Assembly (NCBI GenBank): GCA_964057225.1
Contig: OZ059895.1
Coordinates: 620,001 to 684,000 of the forward strand
Length of the DNA stretch: 64,000 bases
DNA from: Auanema rhodensis
Taxonomy: Eukaryota; Animalia; Nematoda
Direction: 5' to 3'
How positions within the stretch are numbered: the stretch's first letter is position 1; every line of letters starts with the position of its first letter. A model generated the notes under the pieces. It was given only the letters and a program-made list of their open reading frames with translations. It ran no database searches and was not told where the DNA came from. The translations under genes and the position numbers were made by a program. Of the stretch, positions 41,901-56,862 are shown piece after piece.

Positions 41901-44900
41901 CACAGATCGACGCAGCTTAAAAATCCGCATCGAATGCACTATACTACATTGAGAAACGCTAAATACAAAAATTAGTTATGATCGTTTGAAAAATGATGCA
42001 TTAGTGTATGTTGAGTTTCCATGTACACTCAACATTGCTTCCAAAAACATTTTGACAAAAATTTTTTCGAAAAATTTCAAAATAATGTAGCAAAAAGTAG
42101 ATGTTTTTAGATTCCTTATTTCAAGGCAAAAACGATAGACAATGTTATTCAACGAAAAAATTAATTCTTCAGTGTGAAAATCGAGGATATAAGTGTGAAC
42201 TTATATCAGTTGATATCTCGGTGCATTTTTAAGTTAGCGCAAATCTGATAACACAGATCGACGCAGCTCACAAATCCGCATCGAATGCACTATACTACAT
42301 TGAGAAACGCTTGATACAAAAATTAGTTATGATCGTTTGAAAAATGATGCATTAGTGTATGTTGAGTTTCCATGTACACTCAACATTGCTTCCAAAAACA
42401 TTTTGACAAAAATTTTTTCGAAAAATTTCAAAATAATGTAGCAAAAAGTAGATGTTTTTAGATTCCTTTTTTCAAGGCGAAGACGATGGACAAAGTTATT
42501 CAACGAAAAAATTGATTCTTCAGGGTGAAAATCGAGGATATAAGTGTGAACTTATATCAGTTGATATCTCGGTGCATTTTTAAGTTAGCGCAAATCTGAT
42601 AACAGAGATCGACGCAGCTTACAAATCCGCATCGAATGCACTACACTACATTGAGAAACGCTTCATATAAAAATTAGTTATGATCGTTTGAAAAATGATG
42701 CATTAGTGTATGTTGAGTTTCCATGTACACTCAACATTGCTTCCAAAAACATTTTGACAAAAATTTTTTCGAAAAATTTCAAAACAATTTAGCAAAAAGT
42801 AGATGTTTTTAGATTCCATTTTTCAAGGCAAAGACGATGGACAATGTTATTCAACGAAAAAAATAATTCTTCAGGGTGAAAATCGAGGATATAAGTGTGA
42901 ACTTATATCAGTTGATATCTTGGTGCATTTTTAAGCTAGCGCAAATCTGATAACACAGATCGACGCAGCTTAAAAATCCGCATCGAATGCACTATACTAC
43001 ATTGAAAAACGCTTGATACAAAAATTAGTTATGATCGTTTGAAAAATGATGCATTAGTGTATGTTGAGTTTCCATGTACACTCAACATTGCTTCCAAAAA
43101 CATTTTGACAAAAATTTTTTCGAAAAATTTCAAAATAATGTAGCAAAAAGTAGATGTTTTTAGATTCCTTTTTTCAAGGCGAAGACGATGGACAAAGTTA
43201 TTCAACGAAAAAATTGATTCTTCAGGGTGAAAATCGAGGATATAAGTGTGAACTTATATCAGTTGATATCTCGGTGCATTTTTAAGTTAGCGCAAATCTG
43301 ATAACACAGATCGACGCAGCTTACAAATCCGCATCGAATGCACTATACTACATTGAGAAACGCTTGATACAAAAATTAGTTATGATCGTTTGAAAAATGA
43401 TGCATTAGTGTATGTTGAGTTTCCATGTACACTCAACATTGCTTCCAAAAACATTTTGACAAAAATTTTTTCGAAAAATTTCAAAATAATGTAGCAAAAA
43501 GTAGATGTTTTTAGATTCCTTTTTTCAAGGCGAAGACGATGGACAAAGTTATTCAACGAAAAAATTGATTCTTCAGGGTGAAAATCGAGGATATAAGTGT
43601 GAACTTATATCAGTTGATATCTCGGTGCATTTTTAAGTTAGCGCAAATCTGATAACACAGATCGACGCAGCTTACAAATCCGCATCGAATGCACTATACT
43701 ACATTGAAAAACGCTTGATACAAAAATTAGTTATGATCGTTTGAAAAATGATGCATTAGTGTATGTTGAGTTTCCATGTACACTCAACATTGCTTCCAAA
43801 AACATTTTGACAAAAATTTTTTCGAAAAATTTCAAAATAATTTAGCAAAAAGTAGATGTTTTTAGATTCCATTTTTCAAGGCAAAGACGATGGACAATGT
43901 TATTCAACGAAAAAATTAATTCTTCAGTGTGAAAATCGAGGATATAAGTGTGAACTTATATCAGTTGATATCTCGGTGCATTTTTAAGCTAGCGCAAATC
44001 TGATAACACAGATCGACGCAGCTTAAAAATCCGCATCGAATGCACTATACTACATTGAGAAACGCTAAATACAAAAATTAGTTATGATCGTTTGAAAAAT
44101 GATGCATTAGTGTATGTTGAGTTTCCATGTACACTCAACATTGCTTCCAAAAACATTTTGACAAAAATTTTTTCGAAAAATTTCAAAATAATGTAGCAAA
44201 AAGTAGATGTTTTTAGATTCCTTATTTCAAGGCAAAAACGATAGACAATGTTATTCAACGAAAAAATTAATTCTTCAGTGTGAAAATCGAGGATATAAGT
44301 GTGAACTTATATCAGTTGATATCTCGGTGCATTTTTAAGTTAGCGCAAATCTGATAACACAGATCGACGCAGCTCACAAATCCGCATCGAATGCACTATA
44401 CTACATTGAGAAACGCTTGATACAAAAATTAGTTATGATCGTTTGAAAAATGATGCATTAGTGTATGTTGAGTTTCCATGTACACTCAACATTGCTTCCA
44501 AAAACATTTTGACAAAAATTTTTTCGAAAAATTTCAAAATAATGTAGCAAAAAGTAGATGTTTTTAGATTCCTTTTTTCAAGGCGAAGACGATGGACAAA
44601 GTTATTCAACGAAAAAATTGATTCTTCAGGGTGAAAATCGAGGATATAAGTGTGAACTTATATCAGTTGATATCTCGGTGCATTTTTAAGTTAGCGCAAA
44701 TCTGATAACAGAGATCGACGCAGCTTACAAATCCGCATCGAATGCACTACACTACATTGAGAAACGCTTAATATAAAAATTAGTTATGATCGTTTGAAAA
44801 ATGATGCATTAGTGTATGTTGAGTTTCCATGTACACTCAACATTGCTTCCAAAAACATTTTGACAAAAATTTTTTCGAAAAATTTCAAAACAATTTAGCA

Positions 44901-45279
44901 AAAAGTAGATGTTTTTAGATTCCATTTTTCAAGGCAAAGACGATGGACAATGTTATTCAACGAAAAAAATAATTCTTCAGGGTGAAAATCGAGGATATAA
45001 GTGTGAACTTATATCAGTTGATATCTTGGTGCATTTTTAAGCTAGCGCAAATCTGATAACACAGATCGACGCAGCTTAAAAATCCGCATCGAATGCACTA
45101 TACTACATTGAAAAACGCTTGATACAAAAATTAGTTATGATCGTTTGAAAAATGATGCATTAGTGTATGTTGAGTTTCCATGTACACTCAACATTGCTTC
45201 CAAAAACATTTTGACAAAAATTTTTTCGAAAAATTTCAAAATAATGTAGCAAAAAGTAGATGTTTTTAGATTCCTTTTT
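38962..45279. repeat. 6-monomer (2106-bp) higher-order repeat, 3 copies
   Basis: A marker monomer (caGagat, ctaCac, atAtaaaa, aaaaCaatt) starts at 40366, 42472 and 44578. The ctAaata monomer starts at 39664, 41770 and 43876. Confidence 0.85.
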
Positions 45280-46683
45280 TCAAGGCGAAGACGATGGACA
45301 AAGTTATTCAACGAAAAAATTGATTCTTCAGGGTGAAAATCGAGGATATAAGTGTGAACTTATATCAGTTGATATCTCGGTGCATTTTTAAGTTAGCGCA
45401 AATCTGATAACACAGATCGACGCAGCTTACAAATCCGCATCGAATGCACTATACTACATTGAGAAACGCTTGATACAAAAATTAGTTATGATCGTTTGAA
45501 AAATGATGCATTAGTGTATGTTGAGTTTCCATGTACACTCAACATTGCTTCCAAAAACATTTTGACAAAAATTTTTTCGAAAAATTTCAAAATAATGTAG
45601 CAAAAAGTAGATGTTTTTAGATTCCATTCTTCAAGGCAAAGACGATGGACAATGTTATTCAACGAAAAAAATAATTCTTCAGGGTGAAAATCGAGGATAT
45701 AAGTGTGAACTTATATCAGTTGATATCTTGGTGCATTTTTAAGCTAGCGCAAATCTGATAACACAGATCGACGCAGCTTAAAAATCCGCATCGAATGCAC
45801 TATACTACATTGAAAAACGCTTGATACAAAAATTAGTTATGATCGTTTGAAAAATGATGCATTAGTGTATGTTGAGTTTCCATGTACACTCAACATTGCT
45901 TCCAAAAACATTTTGACAAAAATTTTTTCGAAAAATTTCAAAATAATGTAGCGAAAAGTAGATGTTTTTAGATTCCTTTTTTCAAGGCGAAGACGATGGA
46001 CAAAGTTATTCAACGAAAAAATTGATTCTTCAGGGTGAAAATCGAGGATATAAGTGTGAACTTATATCAGTTGATATCTCGGTGCATTTTTAAGTTAGCG
46101 CAAATCTGATAACACAGATCGACGCAGCTTACAAATCCGCATCGAATGCACTATACTACATTGAGAAACGCTTAATACAAAAATTAGTTATGATCGTTTG
46201 AAAAATGATGCATTAGTGTATGTTGAGTTTCCATGTACACTCAACATTGCTTCCAAAAACATTTTGACAAAAATTTTTTCGAAAAATTTCAAAATAATGT
46301 AGCAAAAAGTAGATGTTTTTAGATTCCATTCTTCAAGGCAAAGACGATGGACAATGTTATTCAACGAAAAAAATAATTCTTCAGGGTGAAAATCGAGGAT
46401 ATAAGTGTGAACTTATATCAGTTGATATCTTGGTGCATTTTTAAGCTAGCGCAAATCTGATAACACAGATCGACGCAGCTTAAAAATCCGCATCGAATGC
46501 ACTATACTACATTGAAAAACGCTTGATACAAAAATTAGTTATGATCGTTTGAAAAATGATGCATTAGTGTATGTTGAGTTTCCATGTACACTCAACATTG
46601 CTTCCAAAAACATTTTGACAAAAATTTTTTCGAAAAATTTCAAAATAATGTAGCGAAAAGTAGATGTTTTTAGATTCCTTTTT

Positions 46684-48789
46684 TCAAGGCGAAGACGATG
46701 GACAAAGTTATTCAACGAAAAAATTGATTCTTCAGGGTGAAAATCGAGGATATAAGTGTGAACTTATATCAGTTGATATCTCGGTGCATTTTTAAGTTAG
46801 CGCAAAACTGATAACACAGATCGACGCAGCTTAAAAATCCGCATCGAATGCACTATACTACATTGAGAAACGCTTAATACAAAAATTTGTTATGATCGTT
46901 TGAAAAATGATGCATTAGTGTATGTTGAGTTTCCATGTACACTCAACATTGCTTCCAAAAACATTTTGACAAAAATTTTTTCGAAAAATTTCAAAATAAT
47001 TTAGCAAAAAGTAGATGTTTTTAGATTCCATTTTTCAAGGCAAAGACGATGGACAATGTTATTTAACGAAAAAATTAATTCTTCAGTGTGAAAATCGAGG
47101 ATATAAGTGTGAACTTATATCAGTTGATATCTCGGTGCATTTTTAAGCTAGCGCAAATCTGATAACACAGATCGACGCAGCTTAAAAATCCGCATCGAAT
47201 GCACTATACTACATTGAGAAACGCTTGATACAAAAATTAGTTATGATCGTTTGAAAAATGATGCATTAGTGTATGTTGAGTTTCCATGTACACTCAACAT
47301 TGCTTCCAAAAACATTTTGACAAAAATTTTTTCGAAAAATTTCAAAATAATGTAGCAAAAAGTAGATGTTTTTAGATTCCTTTTTTCAAGGCGAAGACGA
47401 TGGACAAAGTTATTCAACGAAAAAATTGATTCTTCAGGGTGAAAATCGAGGATATAAGTGTGAACTTATATCAGTTGATATCTCGGTGCATTTTTAAGCT
47501 AGCGCAAATCTGATAACACAGATCGACGCAGCTTAAAAATCCGCATCGAATGCACTATACTACATTGAGAAACGCTTGATACAAAAATTAGTTATGATCG
47601 TTTGAAAAATGATGCATTAGTGTATGTTGAGTTTCCATGTACACTCAACATTGCTTCCAAAAACATTTTGACAAAAATTTTTTCGAAAAATTTCAAAATA
47701 ATGTAGCGAAAAGTAGATGTTTTTAGATTCCTTTTTTCAAGGCGAAGACGATGGACAAAGTTATTCAACGAAAAAATTGATTCTTCAGGGTGAAAATCGA
47801 GGATATAAGTGTGAACTTATATCAGTTGATATCTCGGTGCATTTTTAAGTTAGCGCAAAACTGATAACACAGATCGACGCAGCTTAAAAATCCGCATCGA
47901 ATGCACTATACTACATTGAGAAACGCTTAATACAAAAATTTGTTATGATCGTTTGAAAAATGATGCATTAGTGTATGTTGAGTTTCCATGTACACTCAAC
48001 ATTGCTTCCAAAAACATTTTGACAAAAATTTTTTCGAAAAATTTCAAAATAATTTAGCAAAAAGTAGATGTTTTTAGATTCCATTTTTCAAGGCAAAGAC
48101 GATGGACAATGTTATTTAACGAAAAAATTAATTCTTCAGTGTGAAAATCGAGGATATAAGTGTGAACTTATATCAGTTGATATCTCGGTGCATTTTTAAG
48201 CTAGCGCAAATCTGATAACACAGATCGACGCAGCTTAAAAATCCGCATCGAATGCACTATACTACATTGAGAAACGCTTGATACAAAAATTAGTTATGAT
48301 CGTTTGAAAAATGATGCATTAGTGTATGTTGAGTTTCCATGTACACTCAACATTGCTTCCAAAAACATTTTGACAAAAATTTTTTCGAAAAATTTCAAAA
48401 TAATGTAGCAAAAAGTAGATGTTTTTAGATTCCTTTTTTCAAGGCGAAGACGATGGACAAAGTTATTCAACGAAAAAATTGATTCTTCAGGGTGAAAATC
48501 GAGGATATAAGTGTGAACTTATATCAGTTGATATCTCGGTGCATTTTTAAGCTAGCGCAAATCTGATAACACAGATCGACGCAGCTTAAAAATCCGCATC
48601 GAATGCACTATACTACATTGAGAAACGCTTGATACAAAAATTAGTTATGATCGTTTGAAAAATGATGCATTAGTGTATGTTGAGTTTCCATGTACACTCA
48701 ACATTGCTTCCAAAAACATTTTGACAAAAATTTTTTCGAAAAATTTCAAAATAATGTAGCAAAAAGTAGATGTTTTTAGATTCCTTTTT
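46684..48789. repeat. Tandem duplication of a 3-monomer unit (2 x 1053 bp)
   Basis: The aaaActg/aattTgtt monomer is at 46684 and 47737. The attTaac/cagTgtg monomer is at 47035 and 48088. Confidence 0.8.
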
Positions 48790-51700
48790 TCAAGGCGAAG
48801 ACGATGGACAAAGTTATTCAACGAAAAAATTGATTCTTCAGGGTGAAAATCGAGGATATAAGTGTGAACTTATATCAGTTGATATCTCGGTGCATTTTTA
48901 AGTTAGCGCAAATCTGATAACACAGATCGACGCAGCTTACAAATCCGCATCGAATGCACTATACTACATTGAAAAACGCTTGATATAAAAATTAGTTATG
49001 ATCGTTTGAAAAATGATGCATTAGTGTATGTTGAGTTTCCATGTACACTCAACATTGCTTCCAAAAACATTTTGACAAAAATTTTTTCGAAAAATTTCAA
49101 AATAATTTAGCAAAAAGTAGATGTTTTTAGATTCCATTTTTCAAGGCAAAGACGATGGACAATGTTATTCAACGAAAAAATTAATTCTTCAGTGTGAAAA
49201 TCGAGGATATAAGTGTGAACTTATATCAGTTGATATCTCGGTGCATTTTTAAGCTAGCGCATATCTGATAACACAGATCGACGCAGCTTAAAAATCCGCA
49301 TCGAATGCACTATACTACATTGAGAAACGCTAAATACAAAAATTAGTTATGATCGTTTGAAAAATGATGCATTAGTGTATGTTGAGTTTCCATGTACACT
49401 CAACATTGCTTCCAAAAACATTTTGACAAAAATTTTTTCGAAAAATTTCAAAATAATGTAGCAAAAAGTAGATGTTTTTAGATTCCTTTTTTCAAGGCGA
49501 AGACGATGGACAAAGTTATTCAACGAAAAAATTGATTCTTCAGGGTGAAAATCGAGGATATAAGTGTGAACTTATATCAGTTGATATCTCGGTGCATTTT
49601 TAAGCTAGCGCAAATCTGATAACACAGATCGACGCAGCTTAAAAATCCGCATCGAATGCACTATACTACATTGAGAAACGCTTGATACAAAAATTAGTTA
49701 TGATCGTTTGAAAAATGATGCATTAGTGTATGTTGAGTTTCCATGTACACTCAACATTGCTTCCAAAAACATTTTGACAAAAATTTTTTCGAAAAATTTC
49801 AAAATAATGTAGCAAAAAGTAGATGTTTTTAGATTCCTTATTTCAAGGCAAAAACGATAGACAATGTTATTCAACGAAAAAATTAATTCTTCAGTGTGAA
49901 AATCGAGGATATAAGTGTGAACTTATATCAGTTGATATCTCGGTGCATTTTTAAGTTAGCGCAAATCTGATAACACAGATCGACGCAGCTCACAAATCCG
50001 CATCGAATGCACTATACTACATTGAGAAACGCTTGATACAAAAATTAGTTATGATCGTTTGAAAAATGATGCATTAGTGTATGTTGAGTTTCCATGTACA
50101 CTCAACATTGCTTCCAAAAACATTTTGACAAAAATTTTTTCGAAAAATTTCAAAATAATGTAGCAAAAAGTAGATGTTTTTAGATTCCTTTTTTCAAGGC
50201 GAAGACGATGGACAAAGTTATTCAACGAAAAAATTGATTCTTCAGGGTGAAAATCGAGGATATAAGTGTGAACTTATATCAGTTGATATCTCGGTGCATT
50301 TTTAAGTTAGCGCAAATCTGATAACAGAGATCGACGCAGCTTACAAATCCGCATCGAATGCACTACACTACATTGAGAAACGCTTAATATAAAAATTAGT
50401 TATGATCGTTTGAAAAATGATGCATTAGTGTATGTTGAGTTTCCATGTACACTCAACATTGCTTCCAAAAACATTTTGACAAAAATTTTTTCGAAAAATT
50501 TCAAAACAATTTAGCAAAAAGTAGATGTTTTTAGATTTCATTTTTCAAGGCAAAGACGATGGACAATGTTATTCAACGAAAAAAATAATTCTTCAGGGTG
50601 AAAATCGAGGATATAAGTGTGAACTTATATCAGTTGATATCTTGGTGCATTTTTAAGCTAGCGCAAATCTGATAACACAGATCGACGCAGCTTAAAAATC
50701 CGCATCGAATGCACTATACTACATTGAAAAACGCTTGATACAAAAATTAGTTATGATCGTTTGAAAAATGATGCATTAGTGTATGTTGAGTTTCCATGTA
50801 CACTCAACATTGCTTCCAAAAACATTTTGACAAAAATTTTTTCGAAAAATTTCAAAATAATGTAGCAAAAAGTAAATGTTTTTAGATTCCTTTTTTCAAG
50901 GCGAAGACGATGGACAAAGTTATTCAACGAAAAAATTGATTCTTCAGGGTGAAAATCGAGGATATAAGTGTGAACTTATATCAGTTGATATCTCGGTGCA
51001 TTTTTAAGTTAGCGCAAATCTGATAACACAGATCGACGCAGCTTACAAATCCGCATCGAATGCACTATACTACATTGAGAAACGCGTGATACAAAAATTA
51101 GTTATGATCGTTTGAAAAATGATGCATTAGTGTATGTTGAGTTTCCATGTACACTCAACATTGCTTCCAAAAACATTTTGACAAAAATTTTTTCGAAAAA
51201 TTTCAAAATAATGTAGCAAAAAGTAGATGTTTTTAGATTCCATTTTTCAAGGCAAAGACGATGGACAATGTTATTCAACGAAAAAAATAATTCTTCAGGG
51301 TGAAAATCGAGGATATAAGTGTGAACTTATATCAGTTGATATCTTGGTGCATTTTTAAGCTAGCGCAAATCTGATAACACAGATCGACGCAGCTTAAAAA
51401 TCCGCATCGAATGCACTATACTACATTGAAAAACGCTTGATACAAAAATTAGTTATGATCGTTTGAAAAATGATGCATTAGTGTATGTTGAGTTTCCATG
51501 TACACTCAACATTGCTTCCAAAAACATTTTGACAAAAATTTTTTCGAAAAATTTCAAAATAATGTAGCAAAAAGTAGATGTTTTTAGATTCCTTTTTTCA
51601 AGGCGAAGACGATGGACAAAGTTATTCAACGAAAAAATTGATTCTTCAGGGTGAAAATCGAGGATATAAGTGTGAACTTATATCAGTTGATATCTCGGTG

Positions 51701-54700
51701 CATTTTTAAGCTAGCGCAAATCTGATAACACAGATCGACGCAGCTTAAAAATCCGCATCGAATGCACTATACTACATTGAGAAACGCTTGATACAAAAAT
51801 TAGTTATGATCGTTTGAAAAATGATGCATTAGTGTATGTTGAGTTTCCATGTACACTCAACATTGCTTCCAAAAACATTTTGACAAAAATTTTTTCGAAA
51901 AATTTCAAAATAATGTAGCAAAAAGTAGATGTTTTTAGATTCCTTTTTTCAAGGCGAAGACGATGGACAAAGTTATTCAACGAAAAAATTGATTCTTCAG
52001 GGTGAAAATCGAGGATATAAGTGTGAACTTATATCAGTTGATATCTCGGTGCATTTTTAAGTTAGCGCAAATCTGATAACACAGATCGACGCAGCTTACA
52101 AATCCGCATCGAATGCACTATACTACATTGAAAAACGCTTGATATAAAAATTAGTTATGATCGTTTGAAAAATGATGCATTAGTGTATGTTGAGTTTCCA
52201 TGTACACTCAACATTGCTTCCAAAAACATTTTGACAAAAATTTTTTCGAAAAATTTCAAAATAATTTAGCAAAAAGTAGATGTTTTTAGATTCCATTTTT
52301 CAAGGCAAAGACGATGGACAATGTTATTCAACGAAAAAATTAATTCTTCAGTGTGAAAATCGAGGATATAAGTGTGAACTTATATCAGTTGATATCTCGG
52401 TGCATTTTTAAGCTAGCGCATATCTGATAACACAGATCGACGCAGCTTAAAAATCCGCATCGAATGCACTATACTACATTGAGAAACGCTAAATACAAAA
52501 ATTAGTTATGATCGTTTGAAAAATGATGCATTAGTGTATGTTGAGTTTCCATGTACACTCAACATTGCTTCCAAAAACATTTTGACAAAAATTTTTTCGA
52601 AAAATTTCAAAATAATGTAGCAAAAAGTAGATGTTTTTAGATTCCTTTTTTCAAGGCGAAGACGATGGACAAAGTTATTCAACGAAAAAATTGATTCTTC
52701 AGGGTGAAAATCGAGGATATAAGTGTGAACTTATATCAGTTGATATCTCGGTGCATTTTTAAGCTAGCGCAAATCTGATAACACAGATCGACGCAGCTTA
52801 AAAATCCGCATCGAATGCACTATACTACATTGAGAAACGCTTGATACAAAAATTAGTTATGATCGTTTGAAAAATGATGCATTAGTGTATGTTGAGTTTC
52901 CATGTACACTCAACATTGCTTCCAAAAACATTTTGACAAAAATTTTTTCGAAAAATTTCAAAATAATGTAGCAAAAAGTAGATGTTTTTAGATTCCTTAT
53001 TTCAAGGCAAAAACGATAGACAATGTTATTCAACGAAAAAATTAATTCTTCAGTGTGAAAATCGAGGATATAAGTGTGAACTTATATCAGTTGATATCTC
53101 GGTGCATTTTTAAGTTAGCGCAAATCTGATAACACAGATCGACGCAGCTCACAAATCCGCATCGAATGCACTATACTACATTGAGAAACGCTTGATACAA
53201 AAATTAGTTATGATCGTTTGAAAAATGATGCATTAGTGTATGTTGAGTTTCCATGTACACTCAACATTGCTTCCAAAAACATTTTGACAAAAATTTTTTC
53301 GAAAAATTTCAAAATAATGTAGCAAAAAGTAGATGTTTTTAGATTCCTTTTTTCAAGGCGAAGACGATGGACAAAGTTATTCAACGAAAAAATTGATTCT
53401 TCAGGGTGAAAATCGAGGATATAAGTGTGAACTTATATCAGTTGATATCTCGGTGCATTTTTAAGTTAGCGCAAATCTGATAACAGAGATCGACGCAGCT
53501 TACAAATCCGCATCGAATGCACTACACTACATTGAGAAACGCTTAATATAAAAATTAGTTATGATCGTTTGAAAAATGATGCATTAGTGTATGTTGAGTT
53601 TCCATGTACACTCAACATTGCTTCCAAAAACATTTTGACAAAAATTTTTTCGAAAAATTTCAAAACAATTTAGCAAAAAGTAGATGTTTTTAGATTTCAT
53701 TTTTCAAGGCAAAGACGATGGACAATGTTATTCAACGAAAAAAATAATTCTTCAGGGTGAAAATCGAGGATATAAGTGTGAACTTATATCAGTTGATATC
53801 TTGGTGCATTTTTAAGCTAGCGCAAATCTGATAACACAGATCGACGCAGCTTAAAAATCCGCATCGAATGCACTATACTACATTGAAAAACGCTTGATAC
53901 AAAAATTAGTTATGATCGTTTGAAAAATGATGCATTAGTGTATGTTGAGTTTCCATGTACACTCAACATTGCTTCCAAAAACATTTTGACAAAAATTTTT
54001 TCGAAAAATTTCAAAATAATGTAGCAAAAAGTAAATGTTTTTAGATTCCTTTTTTCAAGGCGAAGACGATGGACAAAGTTATTCAACGAAAAAATTGATT
54101 CTTCAGGGTGAAAATCGAGGATATAAGTGTGAACTTATATCAGTTGATATCTCGGTGCATTTTTAAGTTAGCGCAAATCTGATAACACAGATCGACGCAG
54201 CTTACAAATCCGCATCGAATGCACTATACTACATTGAGAAACGCTTGATACAAAAATTAGTTATGATCGTTTGAAAAATGATGCATTAGTGTATGTTGAG
54301 TTTCCATGTACACTCAACATTGCTTCCAAAAACATTTTGACAAAAATTTTTTCGAAAAATTTCAAAATAATGTAGCAAAAAGTAGATGTTTTTAGATTCC
54401 ATTTTTCAAGGCAAAGACGATGGACAATGTTATTCAACGAAAAAAATAATTCTTCAGGGTGAAAATCGAGGATATAAGTGTGAACTTATATCAGTTGATA
54501 TCTTGGTGCATTTTTAAGCTAGCGCAAATCTGATAACACAGATCGACGCAGCTTAAAAATCCGCATCGAATGCACTATACTACATTGAAAAACGCTTGAT
54601 ACAAAAATTAGTTATGATCGTTTGAAAAATGATGCATTAGTGTATGTTGAGTTTCCATGTACACTCAACATTGCTTCCAAAAACATTTTGACAAAAATTT

Positions 54701-54756
54701 TTTCGAAAAATTTCAAAATAATGTAGCGAAAAGTAGATGTTTTTAGATTCCTTTTT
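48439..54756. repeat. 9-monomer (3159-bp) higher-order repeat, 2 copies
   Basis: The marker monomer is at 50194 and 53353, the gcaTatc monomer at 49141 and 52300, and gtaAatg at about 50875 and 54034. All offsets are 3159 bp. Confidence 0.85.
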
Positions 54757-56862
54757 TCAAGGCGAAGACGATGGACAAAGTTATTCAACGAAAAAATTGA
54801 TTCTTCAGGGTGAAAATCGAGGATATAAGTGTGAACTTATATCAGTTGATATCTCGGTGCATTTTTAAGCTAGCGCAAATCTGATAACACAGATCGACGC
54901 AGCTTAAAAATCCGCATCGAATGCACTATACTACATTGAGAAACGCTTGATACAAAAATTAGTTATGATCGTTTGAAAAATGATGCATTAGTGTATGTTG
55001 AGTTTCCATGTACACTCAACATTGCTTCCAAAAACATTTTGACAAAAATTTTTTCGAAAAATTTCAAAATAATGTAGCGAAAAGTAGATGTTTTTAGATT
55101 CCTTTTTTCAAGGCGAAGACGATGGACAAAGTTATTCAACGAAAAAATTGATTCTTCAGGGTGAAAATCGAGGATATAAGTGTGAACTTATATCAGTTGA
55201 TATCTCGGTGCATTTTTAAGTTAGCGCAAAACTGATAACACAGATCGACGCAGCTTAAAAATCCGCATCGAATGCACTATACTACATTGAGAAACGCTTG
55301 ATACAAAAATTAGTTATGATCGTTTGAAAAATGATGCATTAGTGTATGTTGAGTTTCCATGTACACTCAACATTGCTTCCAAAAACATTTTGACAAAAAT
55401 TTTTTCGAAAAATTTCAAAATAATGTAGCAAAAAGTAGATGTTTTTAGATTCCTTTTTTCAAGGCGAAGACGATGGACAAAGTTATTCAACGAAAAAATT
55501 GATTCTTCAGGGTGAAAATCGAGGATATAAGTGTGAACTTATATCAGTTGATATCTCGGTGCATTTTTAAGTTAGCGCAAATCTGATAACACAGATCGAC
55601 GCAGCTTACAAATCCGCATCGAATGCACTATACTACATTGAAAAACGCTTGATACAAAAATTAGTTATGATCGTTTGAAAAATGATGCATTAGTGTATGT
55701 TGAGTTTCCATGTACACTCAACATTGCTTCCAAAAACATTTTGACAAAAATTTTTTCGAAAAATTTCAAAATAATTTAGCAAAAAGTAGATGTTTTTAGA
55801 TTCCATTTTTCAAGGCAAAGACGATGGACAATGTTATTCAACGAAAAAATTAATTCTTCAGTGTGAAAATCGAGGATATAAGTGTGAACTTATATCAGTT
55901 GATATCTCGGTGCATTTTTAAGCTAGCGCATATCTGATAACACAGATCGACGCAGCTTAAAAATCCGCATCGAATGCACTATACTACATTGAGAAACGCT
56001 AAATACAAAAATTAGTTATGATCGTTTGAAAAATGATGCATTAGTGTATGTTGAGTTTCCATGTACACTCAACATTGCTTCCAAAAACATTTTGACAAAA
56101 ATTTTTTCGAAAAATTTCAAAATAATGAAGCAAAAAGTAGATGTTTTTAGATTCCTTTTTTCAAGGCGAAGACGATGGACAAAGTTATTCAACGAAAAAA
56201 TTGATTCTTCAGGGTGAAAATCGAGGATATAAGTGTGAACTTATATCAGTTGATATCTCGGTGCATTTTTAAGCTAGCGCAAATCTGATAACACAGATCG
56301 ACGCAGCTTAAAAATCCGCATCGAATGCACTATACTACATTGAGAAACGCTTGATACAAAAATTAGTTATGATCGTTTGAAAAATGATGCATTAGTGTAT
56401 GTTGAGTTTCCATGTACACTCAACATTGCTTCCAAAAACATTTTGACAAAAATTTTTTCGAAAAATTTCAAAATAATGTAGCAAAAAGTAGATGTTTTTA
56501 GATTCCTTTTTTCAAGGCGAAGACGATGGACAAAGTTATTCAACGAAAAAATTAATTCTTCAGTGTGAAAATCGAGGATATAAGTGTGAACTTATATCAG
56601 TTGATATCTCGGTGCATTTTTAAGCTAGCGCAAATCTGATAACACAGATCGACGCAGCTTAAAAATCCGCATCGAATGCACTATACTACATTGAGAAACG
56701 CTTGATACAAAAATTAGTTATGATCGTTTGAAAAATGATGCATTAGTGTATGTTGAGTTTCCATGTACACTCAACATTGCTTCCAAAAACATTTTGACAA
56801 AAATTTTTTCGAAAAATTTCAAAATAATGAAGCAAAAAGTAGATGTTTTTAGATTCCTTATT

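Noticed and set aside
56026-56217. 63-aa ORF (identical copy at 58834-59025)
   Set aside because: It starts at TTG and exists only because one substitution turns the monomer's TAG into AAG. It lies wholly inside satellite and resembles no protein I recognise.
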